A DNA stretch of 64,000 nucleotides from a virus: the IMG/VR virus record IMGVR_UViG_3300006919_000001, positions 19,396-83,395 of that record. The stretch is one strand, 5' to 3'. Under the pieces are notes generated by a model. It was not told where the DNA came from. It saw only the letters and a program-made list of their open reading frames with translations, and made no database searches. Within the stretch, counting starts at the first letter, position 1. Each line of letters begins with the position of its first letter. Both the position numbers and the translations under genes were made by a program. Shown piece by piece: positions 9,377 through 18,914 of this stretch.

Positions 9377-10083
9377 TATCTTAAGTTATTTGCTAATTCA
9401 ATATTCTTATAAAATTCACTTCTTGCCATTGGCTCAGTAAAGAAAGCTCCAGTTAATTTTGCTGTTTGCATTGAAGCACCTTGATGTCCAACACCCCTAC
9501 AACTTACGCAATTATGTGTTGCCGAAATGTGTACGGCTACTCCTAAATTACCTTCGCAAATTTCCTCTACTGCGTTATGAATAGCGACTGTCAATTGCTC
9601 TTGTATAGCACCTCTTCTTCCGAAGTGTTCAACTATTCTATTTAGCTTTGATAAGCCTACTACCATTCCTTCGCTTGATGCAATGTAGGCTACGCTTACT
9701 TTTCCCATAATAGTTTGGTGGTGGTGGCTACATTGAGATACCAATGGAATATTACTTTCCTGCACAATAGCTCCATACCCATCACTTGGGAATGCAGTTA
9801 TTTTACTCATGTTTTCATAACGTCCCTTCCATAGGTCATTCACATAAGCTTTGGCCACTCTGCGTGGAGTGTCATTTGAATTTGGATCATTCTTCCAATC
9901 ACAACCTAATGCGTCTAAGAAATATCCATATGCGACCGCTGCATTGTTTATGATTACCTCTTTTTCTTCGGTTGATAATACTGCCTTTTTCCCCTCCGCT
10001 TTTTGCTTTTCTGCCAACTGCGTTGAAATTCCATTGGAGTGGCCAATTTTGGCTATCTCTAGGTTTAATACTTTTTCACTCAT
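9376..10083 (-). CDS. folE: GTP cyclohydrolase I
   Basis: TPRRVAK, CSHHH, GLSKLNR, QEQLT, HNCVSCRG. Confidence 0.95.
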   Translation of the reverse strand: MSEKVLNLEIAKIGHSNGISTQLAEKQKAEGKKAVLSTEEKEVIINNAAVAYGYFLDALGCDWKNDPNSNDTPRRVAKAYVNDLWKGRYENMSKITAFPSDGYGAIVQESNIPLVSQCSHHHQTIMGKVSVAYIASSEGMVVGLSKLNRIVEHFGRRGAIQEQLTVAIHNAVEEICEGNLGVAVHISATHNCVSCRGVGHQGASMQTAKLTGAFFTEPMARSEFYKNIELANNLR

Positions 10084-10148
10084 ATTTGTTTTCTAGTTTT
10101 ATTATTATTCGTTAAAGGTATGGAGAACTTTTCAATTCTCCACGCCTT

Positions 10149-10952
10149 TTAAAATGTATCGTATAAAAAGCTTCTGCTCTTAGCTCTTGCAAATGCATAT
10201 AGGGCCGCGTGTATTTTTAACTCTGCATAGGTATCCAATTCTGGATGCTCTTTTCTAGCATGAGCCAAATTGATAGCATATTGAAAAATTGAATAATCCA
10301 CAGTATCCGGTCGAACGAATTTAAAGGTCTCCACATTTTGGCAACCTAGTAAATGAACCTTCTTTCCACACTGTCTAGCATAGTTCATCATTTTCAATAA
10401 CTCTTCCCTATTGGTATGCCATGCTCTCTCCTGAGCTAAACCTCCAATTGCTAAAGTTGGATACATTTCGCTTTCACATAAATCTTTCCAATATTGAAAT
10501 CCTTGGTGTAGTTTAAATACTGGAGTAGGATACATGCCTGTAACATCAAACACCTCTTGCCTGCAATAATTGGATGGACACAATAGGTCTTCCGATTTTC
10601 TAAAGTATTCATTATCCAATTCAAATATCATATGATACTCTGCAATGGAACACATTTTTAAAAATTTCCTTTTCATCTTTTCACAAAGCTTTTCGAAATC
10701 TTCCTTGTCCAGTGTTTGTTGCTTTTTAAATAAAGTAAAACCACCAGAATCCAAAAATAATCTATCCTTGCCAACCATGTCATAAATCTCTTTCGTTACC
10801 ACAAATGGCATATCTACTGTTGAGATTAATACACTATTTGTAAAGGAGTCAAGTAGAGCTGGAAGTACTTTTCTCCACGTACCCTTTTCTCCGCACGAAT
10901 AGATAAGTCCGGCACCTAGTCCGTATACTAATTTGTCCTGCTCTTTACTCAT
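10149..10952 (-). CDS. TGT-fold DpdA-like protein (paralogue 2)
   Basis: FLDSGGFT, LAIGGLA, KVHLLG and DTVDYS motifs. Confidence 0.75.
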   Translation of the reverse strand: MSKEQDKLVYGLGAGLIYSCGEKGTWRKVLPALLDSFTNSVLISTVDMPFVVTKEIYDMVGKDRLFLDSGGFTLFKKQQTLDKEDFEKLCEKMKRKFLKMCSIAEYHMIFELDNEYFRKSEDLLCPSNYCRQEVFDVTGMYPTPVFKLHQGFQYWKDLCESEMYPTLAIGGLAQERAWHTNREELLKMMNYARQCGKKVHLLGCQNVETFKFVRPDTVDYSIFQYAINLAHARKEHPELDTYAELKIHAALYAFARAKSRSFLYDTF

Positions 10953-11373
10953 CTTTTTTTCCTTTTAAAAGTTCCTCTAAATCTTTCTTATTGTTACTGA
11001 ATGAGGTGAGTCCTAATTCTCCCATGAGCTCATCTGGATTCTCAGACATTAGCCTGTCAATTTCAGCATAGTTCCATTGGGAATATTCTCCCACTCTATT
11101 GTCAGCAATTACAAAACCCTTTATCTGGTCTTCCGTTAATCCACTTATTGCAAGCACATCAATTTCGCCTTCATATTTTAGAAGCTTCAAAGCTTTCAAC
11201 CTTGTGTGTCCAGCTAGTATCATTAGCTTGTCGGTAACCACTATTGGATTGATATATCCGTAGGCCTCAATTGACTTGGCAACCACTTTTGCAGATTTAT
11301 TATTTCTACGTGGATTCCTTCCATAAGGGACAAGGTCGTTTATATCTACCTTTATTAATTTTTTCTCCATCAT
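10945..11373 (-). CDS. ParB/Srx N-terminal-domain protein
   Basis: LVPYGRNPR, SIEAYGYINPIVV, ILAGHTRLKA, IADNRVGE. Confidence 0.88.
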   Translation of the reverse strand: MMEKKLIKVDINDLVPYGRNPRRNNKSAKVVAKSIEAYGYINPIVVTDKLMILAGHTRLKALKLLKYEGEIDVLAISGLTEDQIKGFVIADNRVGEYSQWNYAEIDRLMSENPDELMGELGLTSFSNNKKDLEELLKGKKDE

Positions 11374-11402
11374 TATTTGTTTTTATTATTAATATTAATT
11401 CT

Positions 11403-11476
11403 TAGCCGTCGGTGTGGGAATCGAACCCACGGTCTTTTACTGTACTGTAAATGCTCTACCTTTGAGCTATCCTCCG
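11403..11476 (-). ncRNA. Degenerate tRNA-like element (6-nt anticodon loop, mismatched acceptor stem)
   Basis: TAGCTCAAAGGTAGAGC D arm, TTTAC-AGTACA-GTAAA arm, GTGGG-TTCGATT-CCCAC T arm, ends G-CTA. Confidence 0.7.
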
Positions 11477-11488
11477 TTTTGTAGCTGC

Positions 11489-11640
11489 GATTTAAAAAAG
11501 ATCGAACTTTAGAAAATTTAGCTACATTTTGTGGTCAAAAAAGATCGTTTTACATTTTTTACAAAATATATTTTTATCAAATCCAGCTTTTTCAAGCGCG
11601 ATTTCGATCTTTTCGATCTTAAAATCGATCTTTTTAAATC
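11489..11640. repeat. Cluster of five AAGATCG/CGATCTT repeats bounded by an inverted repeat
   Basis: GATC at 11500, 11543, 11606, 11615 and 11627; outer arms GATTTAAAAAAGATCGA / TCGATCTTTTTAAATC. Confidence 0.75.
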
Positions 11641-11678
11641 CGTATGTCGAAATGCGTGAACCGTTAATTACTAACTAG

Positions 11679-12467
11679 TTACACTTCTCTCTGGTCTTCA
11701 AAGGCAATAATGTGTGGCCTCCATGTCATACGATATCCGTTATCCCTTACCCAATCAAATACCAATGGGTATGATTTGAATAATGATTCCCTAGAGTCGC
11801 CTGCAGGCATGAACCAAACCTTACCACTTGGTGCCTCTATGCAATCGAGAAAATATAATATCTCATCAAGTGCATCCTCATCTTTACCATCCCACACTGG
11901 TTTGATATGAAAGTCTTTATGGTAATTGATTGACTTTGAAATCGCATCCACATTAAGCCTAAACTTATTGTGTTGTCTAATCATTTTCTCATCCGTAATT
12001 TTTCCCTTGGGAGTTTCCACTCCAAGCACCGGAACACTATTACTAAACTTTGGACTAATAGATAATAAATCAATAGGATAATCAGTTTCAAGAAAATGAC
12101 TACCCTCAGTTTCGATTGTAATAAAAATTCCATTATCATTTGCAAAATGTGTTAATTCATTTACCAGCTTAGGCCACATTGTCGGGCTTCCGCCTGTAAG
12201 CATCATCTCCTTGATATGTGGATTCTTTTTATAAGCTTCCACTATATCATCAAAAGAGTAGAGCCCCTTGTCCGGATGAATGCTCGTGTACCATGAATCA
12301 CACCAACCGCCTTCTCCAAAAAAGCATCTATGTGTACATCCGGTGGTCCTGATTACCACAGTTGGATAACCTGCCCTACTACCCTCTGATTGTACCGCGG
12401 TATAAATCTCAACAATTCCTTGCCTTTTTGATTTGTCCTCCTCGGACATTCTTTTTATTTTTCCCAT
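11679..12467 (-). CDS. queE: 7-carboxy-7-deazaguanine synthase (radical SAM)
   Basis: EIYTAVQSEG, RTTGCTHRC...WCDS, LTGGSP, IETEG, SISPK. Confidence 0.93.
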   Translation of the reverse strand: MGKIKRMSEEDKSKRQGIVEIYTAVQSEGSRAGYPTVVIRTTGCTHRCFFGEGGWCDSWYTSIHPDKGLYSFDDIVEAYKKNPHIKEMMLTGGSPTMWPKLVNELTHFANDNGIFITIETEGSHFLETDYPIDLLSISPKFSNSVPVLGVETPKGKITDEKMIRQHNKFRLNVDAISKSINYHKDFHIKPVWDGKDEDALDEILYFLDCIEAPSGKVWFMPAGDSRESLFKSYPLVFDWVRDNGYRMTWRPHIIAFEDQREV

Positions 12468-12613
12468 CTTAATATTACATTTTGGTCTAATACTTTATCT
12501 GGACAATCCAGAAATCTTTTAATTATTTCATCCCTCTCTTTTAGTAAACATTCTTCCTTGGAACATTTTTCTAAAATATTAAACTCAAATAATTCTCCAT
12601 CATCATATGTAAA
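12455..12613 (-). pseudogene. Remnant of a GIY-YIG homing endonuclease
   Basis: Start-less frame YDDGELFEFNILEKCSKEECLLKERDEII resembles the GIY-YIG 'FEFEILE.C....L.ERE..I' motif; lies between queD and queE. Confidence 0.55.
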
Positions 12614-12614
12614 C

Positions 12615-13109
12615 CTAATTTTCTTTATAAATTGAACTATTGTTGTCGTTCTCCCAACACTCTACTTTTGTAACTCTACACCTAGCACCATCCGTTAAGG
12701 CCAACCTTTCATTAAAATGGTCATAGACTAGCTTAGCGCAACTCTCTGCGCCCATCTTTTCTAGTACGACTAACTTAGCCAAGCCTAGCTCTTGAAGCAC
12801 CTCAAAAGTCTCTAATTGCGGGTCATCCTTTTCAATTAACAAAGTATGATCCCACATGCTATTCATCCATTTCTTTAGGCCATTGCCCGGAGTTGGTTCC
12901 GCATCCGTATCTTTGAATCCACCATAGTCAACTACCCAATTCATTTCGTCCAATCCTTGGTTTCCATCCATTGGAGTATTCGATTCAAAATACACTTTAA
13001 ATTTTAAAGCATACCCATGTAATAATTGACAATGAGAATGCGCAGCTCTCCACTGTCTTAATGCAACGCTGTAATTGCTAAACGTTTTTGTAGATTGATA
13101 TAGTCCCAT
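12615..13109 (-). CDS. queD: 6-carboxytetrahydropterin synthase
   Basis: SHCQLLHGY, NWVVDYG, WDHTLL, GAES, VECWENDNNSS. Confidence 0.9.
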   Translation of the reverse strand: MGLYQSTKTFSNYSVALRQWRAAHSHCQLLHGYALKFKVYFESNTPMDGNQGLDEMNWVVDYGGFKDTDAEPTPGNGLKKWMNSMWDHTLLIEKDDPQLETFEVLQELGLAKLVVLEKMGAESCAKLVYDHFNERLALTDGARCRVTKVECWENDNNSSIYKEN

Positions 13110-13111
13110 AA

Positions 13112-13372
13112 TTATTTATTTTTTTTAGTTGGTAATAATTCCATGTCCCATATTTTACTTTCACTTAATTTCATCCAGCCCAATGCTAGTAAGAAAAATA
13201 TTGAGACTATTGTTAGTACTGGTCCAAATACTGCAAATAAAAGTGATATAAGAATATCCTTTACTCGTAGTGACCCGCTAAGTAAGCATACTCCAATTGC
13301 GGATAAAAGTCCGCTAAGGTACCATAATAAAAATAATTCAATTTCTGTTAATCCTGATAAAAATGTATCCAT
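13112..13372 (-). CDS. Small membrane protein
   Basis: Two hydrophobic segments. Confidence 0.6.
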   Translation of the reverse strand: MDTFLSGLTEIELFLLWYLSGLLSAIGVCLLSGSLRVKDILISLLFAVFGPVLTIVSIFFLLALGWMKLSESKIWDMELLPTKKNK

Positions 13373-13383
13373 AGTTTTTGTTT

Positions 13384-14268
13384 TTAAAAGTTAAAATTAT
13401 ATTTTTTTCTTTTATACTTGGAAGATTGAGCCCCCTCTCCTCGTAAGCCTTTTAATAGCTTTACTAAAAATTGTGCATTTGAAATTGTATCGGCCAATGC
13501 CCGGTGCGCACCCTTTAAGGTTAAACCAACTTCATTGGCACAAACTCCTAATGCAAAACTTGATAATTCAAACCATCTTAATCTGGCCCATTCTAATGTA
13601 TCAATCATTTGAGTGTCCGAAATTACTTTATGTAGGTTTGCTCCGTTTTTTTCAAATAGCTTTTCTAGAAATGGATTATCAAATTTCTTTATATTATGAC
13701 CAGCCAATATCGGCTTGCTATTTCCCACGGTGTGTTTTTTAATCATAGTTTGAATCAACTCAAATGCTTCTTTTATATCTACACCTTCTTCAACCATAAG
13801 CTCTCTTGAAATACCTGTTACTTCTAAAGCTTGTGGATTATAAGATTTGTCAAAATACAATTTTGCAATTGAGCCTAGGTCTTCTCTTTCCTCTAATTGG
13901 AGGTAAGTTTCATAATCAATAATACTTCCATTTGCCTCCATCCATATGTAGAATGTTTTAATATCCTCCACCAATGGCTCTAAATTCTTTAAAGTAATCA
14001 TGTGTCCATTATACTCCAATATATTTAATCCAGTCTCAGTGTCTTTTTCCTTCAACATTTTAAATAATTCCCTTGCTTCTCTAATTGGCTCTTCTTCCAC
14101 CATTGTTAAATTAAGCCAAGGTTTAATCAATGTGCTAAATTCATCTGCTATTTCTAATGTTTCTAAATCAATAGCAACGATTGCTATTTCTGTAATTTGG
14201 TTGTGCGAGGAACTAAACCCTCCAGTCTCTAAATCATAGACTAAAATCTTCTTATAAGGTGATATCAT
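13384..14268 (-). CDS. DEDDh 3'-5' exonuclease (Pol III epsilon-like) with a ~90-aa insertion
   Basis: YDLETGG, AGHNIKKFD, IDTL, HRALAD. Confidence 0.88.
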   Translation of the reverse strand: MISPYKKILVYDLETGGFSSSHNQITEIAIVAIDLETLEIADEFSTLIKPWLNLTMVEEEPIREARELFKMLKEKDTETGLNILEYNGHMITLKNLEPLVEDIKTFYIWMEANGSIIDYETYLQLEEREDLGSIAKLYFDKSYNPQALEVTGISRELMVEEGVDIKEAFELIQTMIKKHTVGNSKPILAGHNIKKFDNPFLEKLFEKNGANLHKVISDTQMIDTLEWARLRWFELSSFALGVCANEVGLTLKGAHRALADTISNAQFLVKLLKGLRGEGAQSSKYKRKKYNFNF

Positions 14269-14380
14269 ATTTGTTGTTTTTTAATTGTTTTGAGGTACTA
14301 CTTCTCTATAAGGATTGAGGTAACGCGTAACTCTTTGATATTTAAAGAGTTCTCTGTATTTTCGAAATTTTTTACAACGA

Positions 14381-14908
14381 CTAAAAATAATCGGGTAGTA
14401 AAATTGAATTGGCCCTATATATGTCCATTGACTTCTTATCCCCAAAGTCCCATTTTGTATGGCATCTTAAACATAAATGATTTATGTTTTTTAAACTATG
14501 CCTCAATTCTGGTGCAATTGATTTTGCTACTATATGAGAGTATCTAAACCTAGCTATTAGCTTTCCAGCTCCATCTCTAAATTCAATTGGCAATGAAGTT
14601 CCACATTCCTCACATTCATGGTTTGAATTGTTAAAACATTTCTCATAAAATACCTCATCCAATATTAAATTACTTAGACCCTTGGGCTTGCCACCTCCAC
14701 CATAAACCAATTTGTGCCTAGAGCTTCCCTTGTCTATATCTCGTTTAAGGCGCGTTTCCGTCGTTTTGACAGCCTTTATATCTTTCCTGACATACTTATA
14801 TGCCCTAGGCTCTTTGCCTTCATCTAATCGCTCCCTATTGCATATTGCACAAAGCTTCCAATGTTTGTTGGCAATCTCCTTTTCTTTATTGCATCCTTTG
14901 CATTCCAT
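14381..14908 (-). CDS. HNH/NinG-like nuclease
   Basis: N-terminal CxxC...CxxC; CEECG...SHIVAK...NINHLCLRCH. Confidence 0.7.
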   Translation of the reverse strand: MECKGCNKEKEIANKHWKLCAICNRERLDEGKEPRAYKYVRKDIKAVKTTETRLKRDIDKGSSRHKLVYGGGGKPKGLSNLILDEVFYEKCFNNSNHECEECGTSLPIEFRDGAGKLIARFRYSHIVAKSIAPELRHSLKNINHLCLRCHTKWDFGDKKSMDIYRANSILLPDYF

Positions 14909-15148
14909 TTACCAAATTGTTATAAAGTTTGAATACCCATTTCTATAAACAAACTTCCATTGTTGGCATTCAAATATTTTTCTTTCATATTCAAAAACCT
15001 CACCTATTGTATTTGTGATTGTTTTCGGAAATGTATGGTCATACTTCCCAGCGCAGTTTTCAAAATGTCTTTTCCTTACCACCGTGTGGCCACCTTCTAT
15101 TTTATAATCTCCTTTAAATTCTACTTTTAAATTTCTTGTCTGTAACAT
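14909..15148 (-). CDS. Hypothetical protein
   Basis: 79-aa ORF downstream of promoter 15218-15250. Confidence 0.55.
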   Translation of the reverse strand: MLQTRNLKVEFKGDYKIEGGHTVVRKRHFENCAGKYDHTFPKTITNTIGEVFEYERKIFECQQWKFVYRNGYSNFITIW

Positions 15149-15302
15149 ATTGTTTTTTGTTTTTTATTAGTTAAAACAGTTCCACCAAAAGTTAATGGTC
15201 ATGTTATTTATTTTTGATAAAGATAAAGCTTATATCTCTACGAACCTACATAATTCGAAATTTTTTTGTTTTTCTTTATTTTAGCCTACTGTGTTATACA
15301 AG

Positions 15303-15379
15303 GTACTGACTCTTTTTTTTTAACCTCGATACTATAGATAGCTTTCAAAAAAAACAGGGATATAATAAGATTTATTAAA
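15303..15379 (+). repeat. 77-bp inverted repeat, copy A (partner at 60177-60254)
   Basis: GTACTGACTC-T9-AACCTCGATACTATAGATAGCTTTC-A8-CAGGGATATAATAAGATTTATTAAA; 3 differences from the partner. Confidence 0.92.
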
Positions 15380-15447
15380 TCTATATATAAATAAGGGGTT
15401 ATATATTTACATATTACCCCTTTATTATAAATAATGATAGATAAAAA

Positions 15448-15870
15448 CTATCGCACTTGAAAATGTGGTAGGTCTTTAAACCTTCTCCAATCACCACCCC
15501 ATTCGAAGCTTTCGTGGTCTTTAAAGAGACCCTCCTCCTTCATTAAAATGAACTCCTTCTTCATTAAGTCAGCTATTGTTTTATATTTTCCTATACAATC
15601 CCAACAAGCTCCATGCTCGTCATATACAAATATGTCAACTGCATTTCCACTTTGATGGTAACTTATTTTTTTAAATCCATCCAACCAACTTACTTTTGGT
15701 CTTTGATGGAATAAGTTATTTTGTTCTTGTGCGGTTCTTATTCCTCCACTTGAAGGTATTCCAAAATCAATATCAGATTTAGCTAGTACTCGTACCACTA
15801 ATTTCTCAAGGTCTTTATTTATTCCTTTGATATTTTTTTTAGAATTCTTACTTAGCTTAAAATCTGCCAT
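15448..15870 (-). CDS. Endolysin, M15 family peptidase (L-Ala-D-Glu type)
   Basis: GIRTAQEQ, SYHQSGNAVD, WGGDW...DLPHFQ. Confidence 0.92.
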   Translation of the reverse strand: MADFKLSKNSKKNIKGINKDLEKLVVRVLAKSDIDFGIPSSGGIRTAQEQNNLFHQRPKVSWLDGFKKISYHQSGNAVDIFVYDEHGACWDCIGKYKTIADLMKKEFILMKEEGLFKDHESFEWGGDWRRFKDLPHFQVR

Positions 15871-15876
15871 TGTTTT

Positions 15877-16323
15877 TTATTTTTTAAAGTTATCATTGCT
15901 TTCCACTTTCCCAATCAAACTTGATAAAGTTCTCGATAGTCCAGCTCTAATTGCAATCAATAAACCGGAAACAACATCCATCTTCTTTAGTATCACTTTA
16001 TTTTTAGCCATATAGATATTACCCATAATTGAGTAACCTTCTGATACGGTTAAAATTGCCATGACTATATTTATTGCTACGACGAAATCGTAACCTAAAC
16101 TTTTTGCCATTAATGCGAGTGTAACTGGAATCATTAGAAATATTAATTTCATTGTAATCCCCCAAAGCATAGTCTTAAATTGAAAATCACGACCCAGCCT
16201 TACTGCTTTAACAGCTCCTAGCAATGAGTCAATGCACATCAATATCATTAAGATTGAAAATGTTTCTTGGTTTAAATTCAGATAAGTAAATATTGCGTAA
16301 CATAAATATTTAACTTTCTCCAT
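15877..16323 (-). CDS. Holin (phage holin family 4-like)
   Basis: Three hydrophobic segments, SEGYSIMGN motif, adjacent to the endolysin. Confidence 0.8.
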   Translation of the reverse strand: MEKVKYLCYAIFTYLNLNQETFSILMILMCIDSLLGAVKAVRLGRDFQFKTMLWGITMKLIFLMIPVTLALMAKSLGYDFVVAINIVMAILTVSEGYSIMGNIYMAKNKVILKKMDVVSGLLIAIRAGLSRTLSSLIGKVESNDNFKK

Positions 16324-16377
16324 TTTTTTATTGTATTCTATTATTAAAATTAACTAATTTAAGTCTCTCTTAAATCA

Positions 16378-18135
16378 TTACATTATGTACTTTGCTATCT
16401 TTGAAATAGCACGTCTCCCTCTGCGCCTTTGTGATTGGGATAAGTTGAAAACTACATTACTCCCAACTGGTATTACATTTACTATTCTAGAAACTTGTAT
16501 TGCTGAATTAGAACCTGAATCAATAACGTTGTAATAAATTAAATAAGCCCCAACTGTATTTACATCTACAGTTCCACTAATTATAATACTACCCGTTACA
16601 TCTCCATCTTCAAAGTCAGATGCCGTAGCTCCTAATTCTATATATGCATCTCCTTCTTCAATATTTACAATAGATGAACCTACTAATGTTATTACAGGTG
16701 GATTCACTACTACCAAATCATCTATGACGAAACTATACATTTCAATATTGGTGTACGTAGCGCTTAAATCATATCCAACAGGGTCAAACGTATTAGGGTC
16801 TAAACCGTTATTTGTAATCCAAGTATTTGCAACTGTTGCTGTGTGTGTATTTACATCATGAGTATTTGCTATTACTCCAGAATTTAAATCATAATCAGTA
16901 TCTTTATATTGAACTAGTTCCGGTATTATTTTATAATCCAAAGCAGTTGTCCATCCAAAAGTAGTATTATTATCTATCCTATCAAAAGAGCTTGCGTCGA
17001 TTGGTTGTATTTGTTGAATCTTATTTCCATTAGAATCTACCCTTGCACAATTGCCTACATTTCTTTCTGTTATGATTTTATTTTGCCACCAAGCTGCGCT
17101 TTCTAAATCTGCTTCTAAGAAATTTATTAGTGGAAACATTGTGTCCGTCCTATAATTTTCATGAGGTGCGGAATTTAAAGGAAATATATCATGTTCAAAT
17201 TCTCCAGATGTATAGTTGGTGACTCTATTTTGCCATAAGCCTTGAGTTACTATTACTGGCTCCGGTCTATATTGACCCTGAACTACAGTGCCCGTTCCCC
17301 ACTGGTCATCAGTCGCTGTTACTCCTATTCCATTATGTACATTCCCTGCACAATATATAGTTGGTGCTGTTGTTACTGTTGGAGTCCCAACCGTGTTTGC
17401 TCTTGCTTGGTTTTTAGAACCGTTTCCAGATGGCGTTAAGTATGAGTTATTAATCTCATTTAATTGTACATTCCCCTCTGTCACCATTATTCTATTTGCC
17501 CAATCGAATACTACATTACCAATCGCATCACATCTTCCATCTATATTAACATTTGGAAAACGGTGACTCATCACGCTCCATAAATTACCAATACTTGATA
17601 AGTCTACATTTCTAGATGTATCATCACTATCCCCAAGTAGCATTCCAGTTTTACTAAAATTGAAATGGTTATTACTGTTAGTTATTCTCTCCACTACCGC
17701 ATCAACATAAGAAGCTCTAAAGCTCATAGTTTCATCTCCACCAAATGAGACGGAGCAATGGTCTACTATTACATCCTTGCATCCTATAAAATCCAAAGCA
17801 TCTCTTCCAAACCATGTGTTTCTCAAAGATACATATCTCATTATAAAATTATTTACATAATCTGCTCTAATCCCTGGACCTCCATATTCGAAGCCACCCA
17901 TCGGTGCAGTTTGACCCAATACTATTACATTTTGCAAATTAGTATAGGTTGTATTTATACTCTTACAAAGTCCTGATACATTAAAGCTAACAATCGTATT
18001 TGGATTATTCATGGCCCAAGATATTGAACCAACTCCACTGTCATCTAAATTAGTTACTATCCTATGTGTGTAGGTTACATTTGCCCTAGCATTTGCACCC
18101 CCACCAGTTGCTGTTGGAAAAGCTTTTTGTGACAT
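16378..18135 (-). CDS. Pectate lyase-like beta-helix depolymerase with C-terminal DUF5011 Ig-like domain
   Basis: AFPTATGGG, VTNLDDSG.GS, GQTAP.GG, VIVDHCSVSFGGDE, HRFP; PVITLVG...ELGATASDFEDGD. Confidence 0.85.
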   Translation of the reverse strand: MSQKAFPTATGGGANARANVTYTHRIVTNLDDSGVGSISWAMNNPNTIVSFNVSGLCKSINTTYTNLQNVIVLGQTAPMGGFEYGGPGIRADYVNNFIMRYVSLRNTWFGRDALDFIGCKDVIVDHCSVSFGGDETMSFRASYVDAVVERITNSNNHFNFSKTGMLLGDSDDTSRNVDLSSIGNLWSVMSHRFPNVNIDGRCDAIGNVVFDWANRIMVTEGNVQLNEINNSYLTPSGNGSKNQARANTVGTPTVTTAPTIYCAGNVHNGIGVTATDDQWGTGTVVQGQYRPEPVIVTQGLWQNRVTNYTSGEFEHDIFPLNSAPHENYRTDTMFPLINFLEADLESAAWWQNKIITERNVGNCARVDSNGNKIQQIQPIDASSFDRIDNNTTFGWTTALDYKIIPELVQYKDTDYDLNSGVIANTHDVNTHTATVANTWITNNGLDPNTFDPVGYDLSATYTNIEMYSFVIDDLVVVNPPVITLVGSSIVNIEEGDAYIELGATASDFEDGDVTGSIIISGTVDVNTVGAYLIYYNVIDSGSNSAIQVSRIVNVIPVGSNVVFNLSQSQRRRGRRAISKIAKYIM

Positions 18136-18179
18136 ATTTTTATTTATTTTTAAATTGTTATCTACTTCGTATTACATGA

Positions 18180-18791
18180 CTATACTAAAGCCCATCCTGC
18201 TGGATAAGCATCGGGTGTCCAAACATTAGCATTTATTAGGCTAATATATATCGGGTCATTAATTGTTGGATAGTGAACCGTATCTCCAATTTGATAAGCA
18301 TCATGACCACCAGTCGGTTGCACGAATACTAAAGTTTCCACTGTCGCTATAACCTCTAATTGCCAAAGTGCAGGCACAACATCCGGAGTCCATGAAGCTA
18401 ATGTAAAATGACTTTGGATACATTTATATGTATTACCAAGATAAGTTCTAGTATCTCCTAAAATTACATCTTCATTTTCAATCCATTCTGCTCCTTCCGT
18501 ATTTGCCCTATATATAGAAAATAAAGCTGGCGTTTCACTTGGACTAAATAAAGTCCTTTGATGTGATTGCCTTACCTCTACCATAGCTCCCTCATACGAA
18601 TATACCTCACCTTCATTAAGTTGTCCACTTGATGGAAGTATTGGATAAATATTCGCTGGGTCTGAATCCTGAATCATAGTTGGAAATCCTGTTTCCGTTA
18701 CTTGGTTTGAATCAGTAAATCCTTTATGAGTTGTCACCCCATCCGTTACTTCCCAAAATGTTCTTTTATTTGGCTTTTGTATTTTCCCCAT
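18180..18791 (-). CDS. Carbohydrate-binding (CBM5/12-like) virion protein
   Basis: YKCIQSH...WTPDVVPALW and QPTGGHDAYQIGD...NVWTP..YPAGW repeats. Confidence 0.72.
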   Translation of the reverse strand: MGKIQKPNKRTFWEVTDGVTTHKGFTDSNQVTETGFPTMIQDSDPANIYPILPSSGQLNEGEVYSYEGAMVEVRQSHQRTLFSPSETPALFSIYRANTEGAEWIENEDVILGDTRTYLGNTYKCIQSHFTLASWTPDVVPALWQLEVIATVETLVFVQPTGGHDAYQIGDTVHYPTINDPIYISLINANVWTPDAYPAGWALV

Positions 18792-18836
18792 TTTTATTTA
18801 CTTAATTATTAAGTTTAACGTGTGTTTTAAACATCC

Positions 18837-18894
18837 TAAGAGACTTTAAATTAAAAGCTTGTATAATATACTACTTTTAATTTAAAGTCTCTTA
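18837..18894. repeat. Long intergenic hairpin (TAAGAGACTTTAAAT family)
   Basis: Perfect 21-bp stem; related copies at 25305-25384 and 52013-52072. Confidence 0.8.
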
Positions 18895-18914
18895 AAACGC
18901 TTGTTATTGATTTA

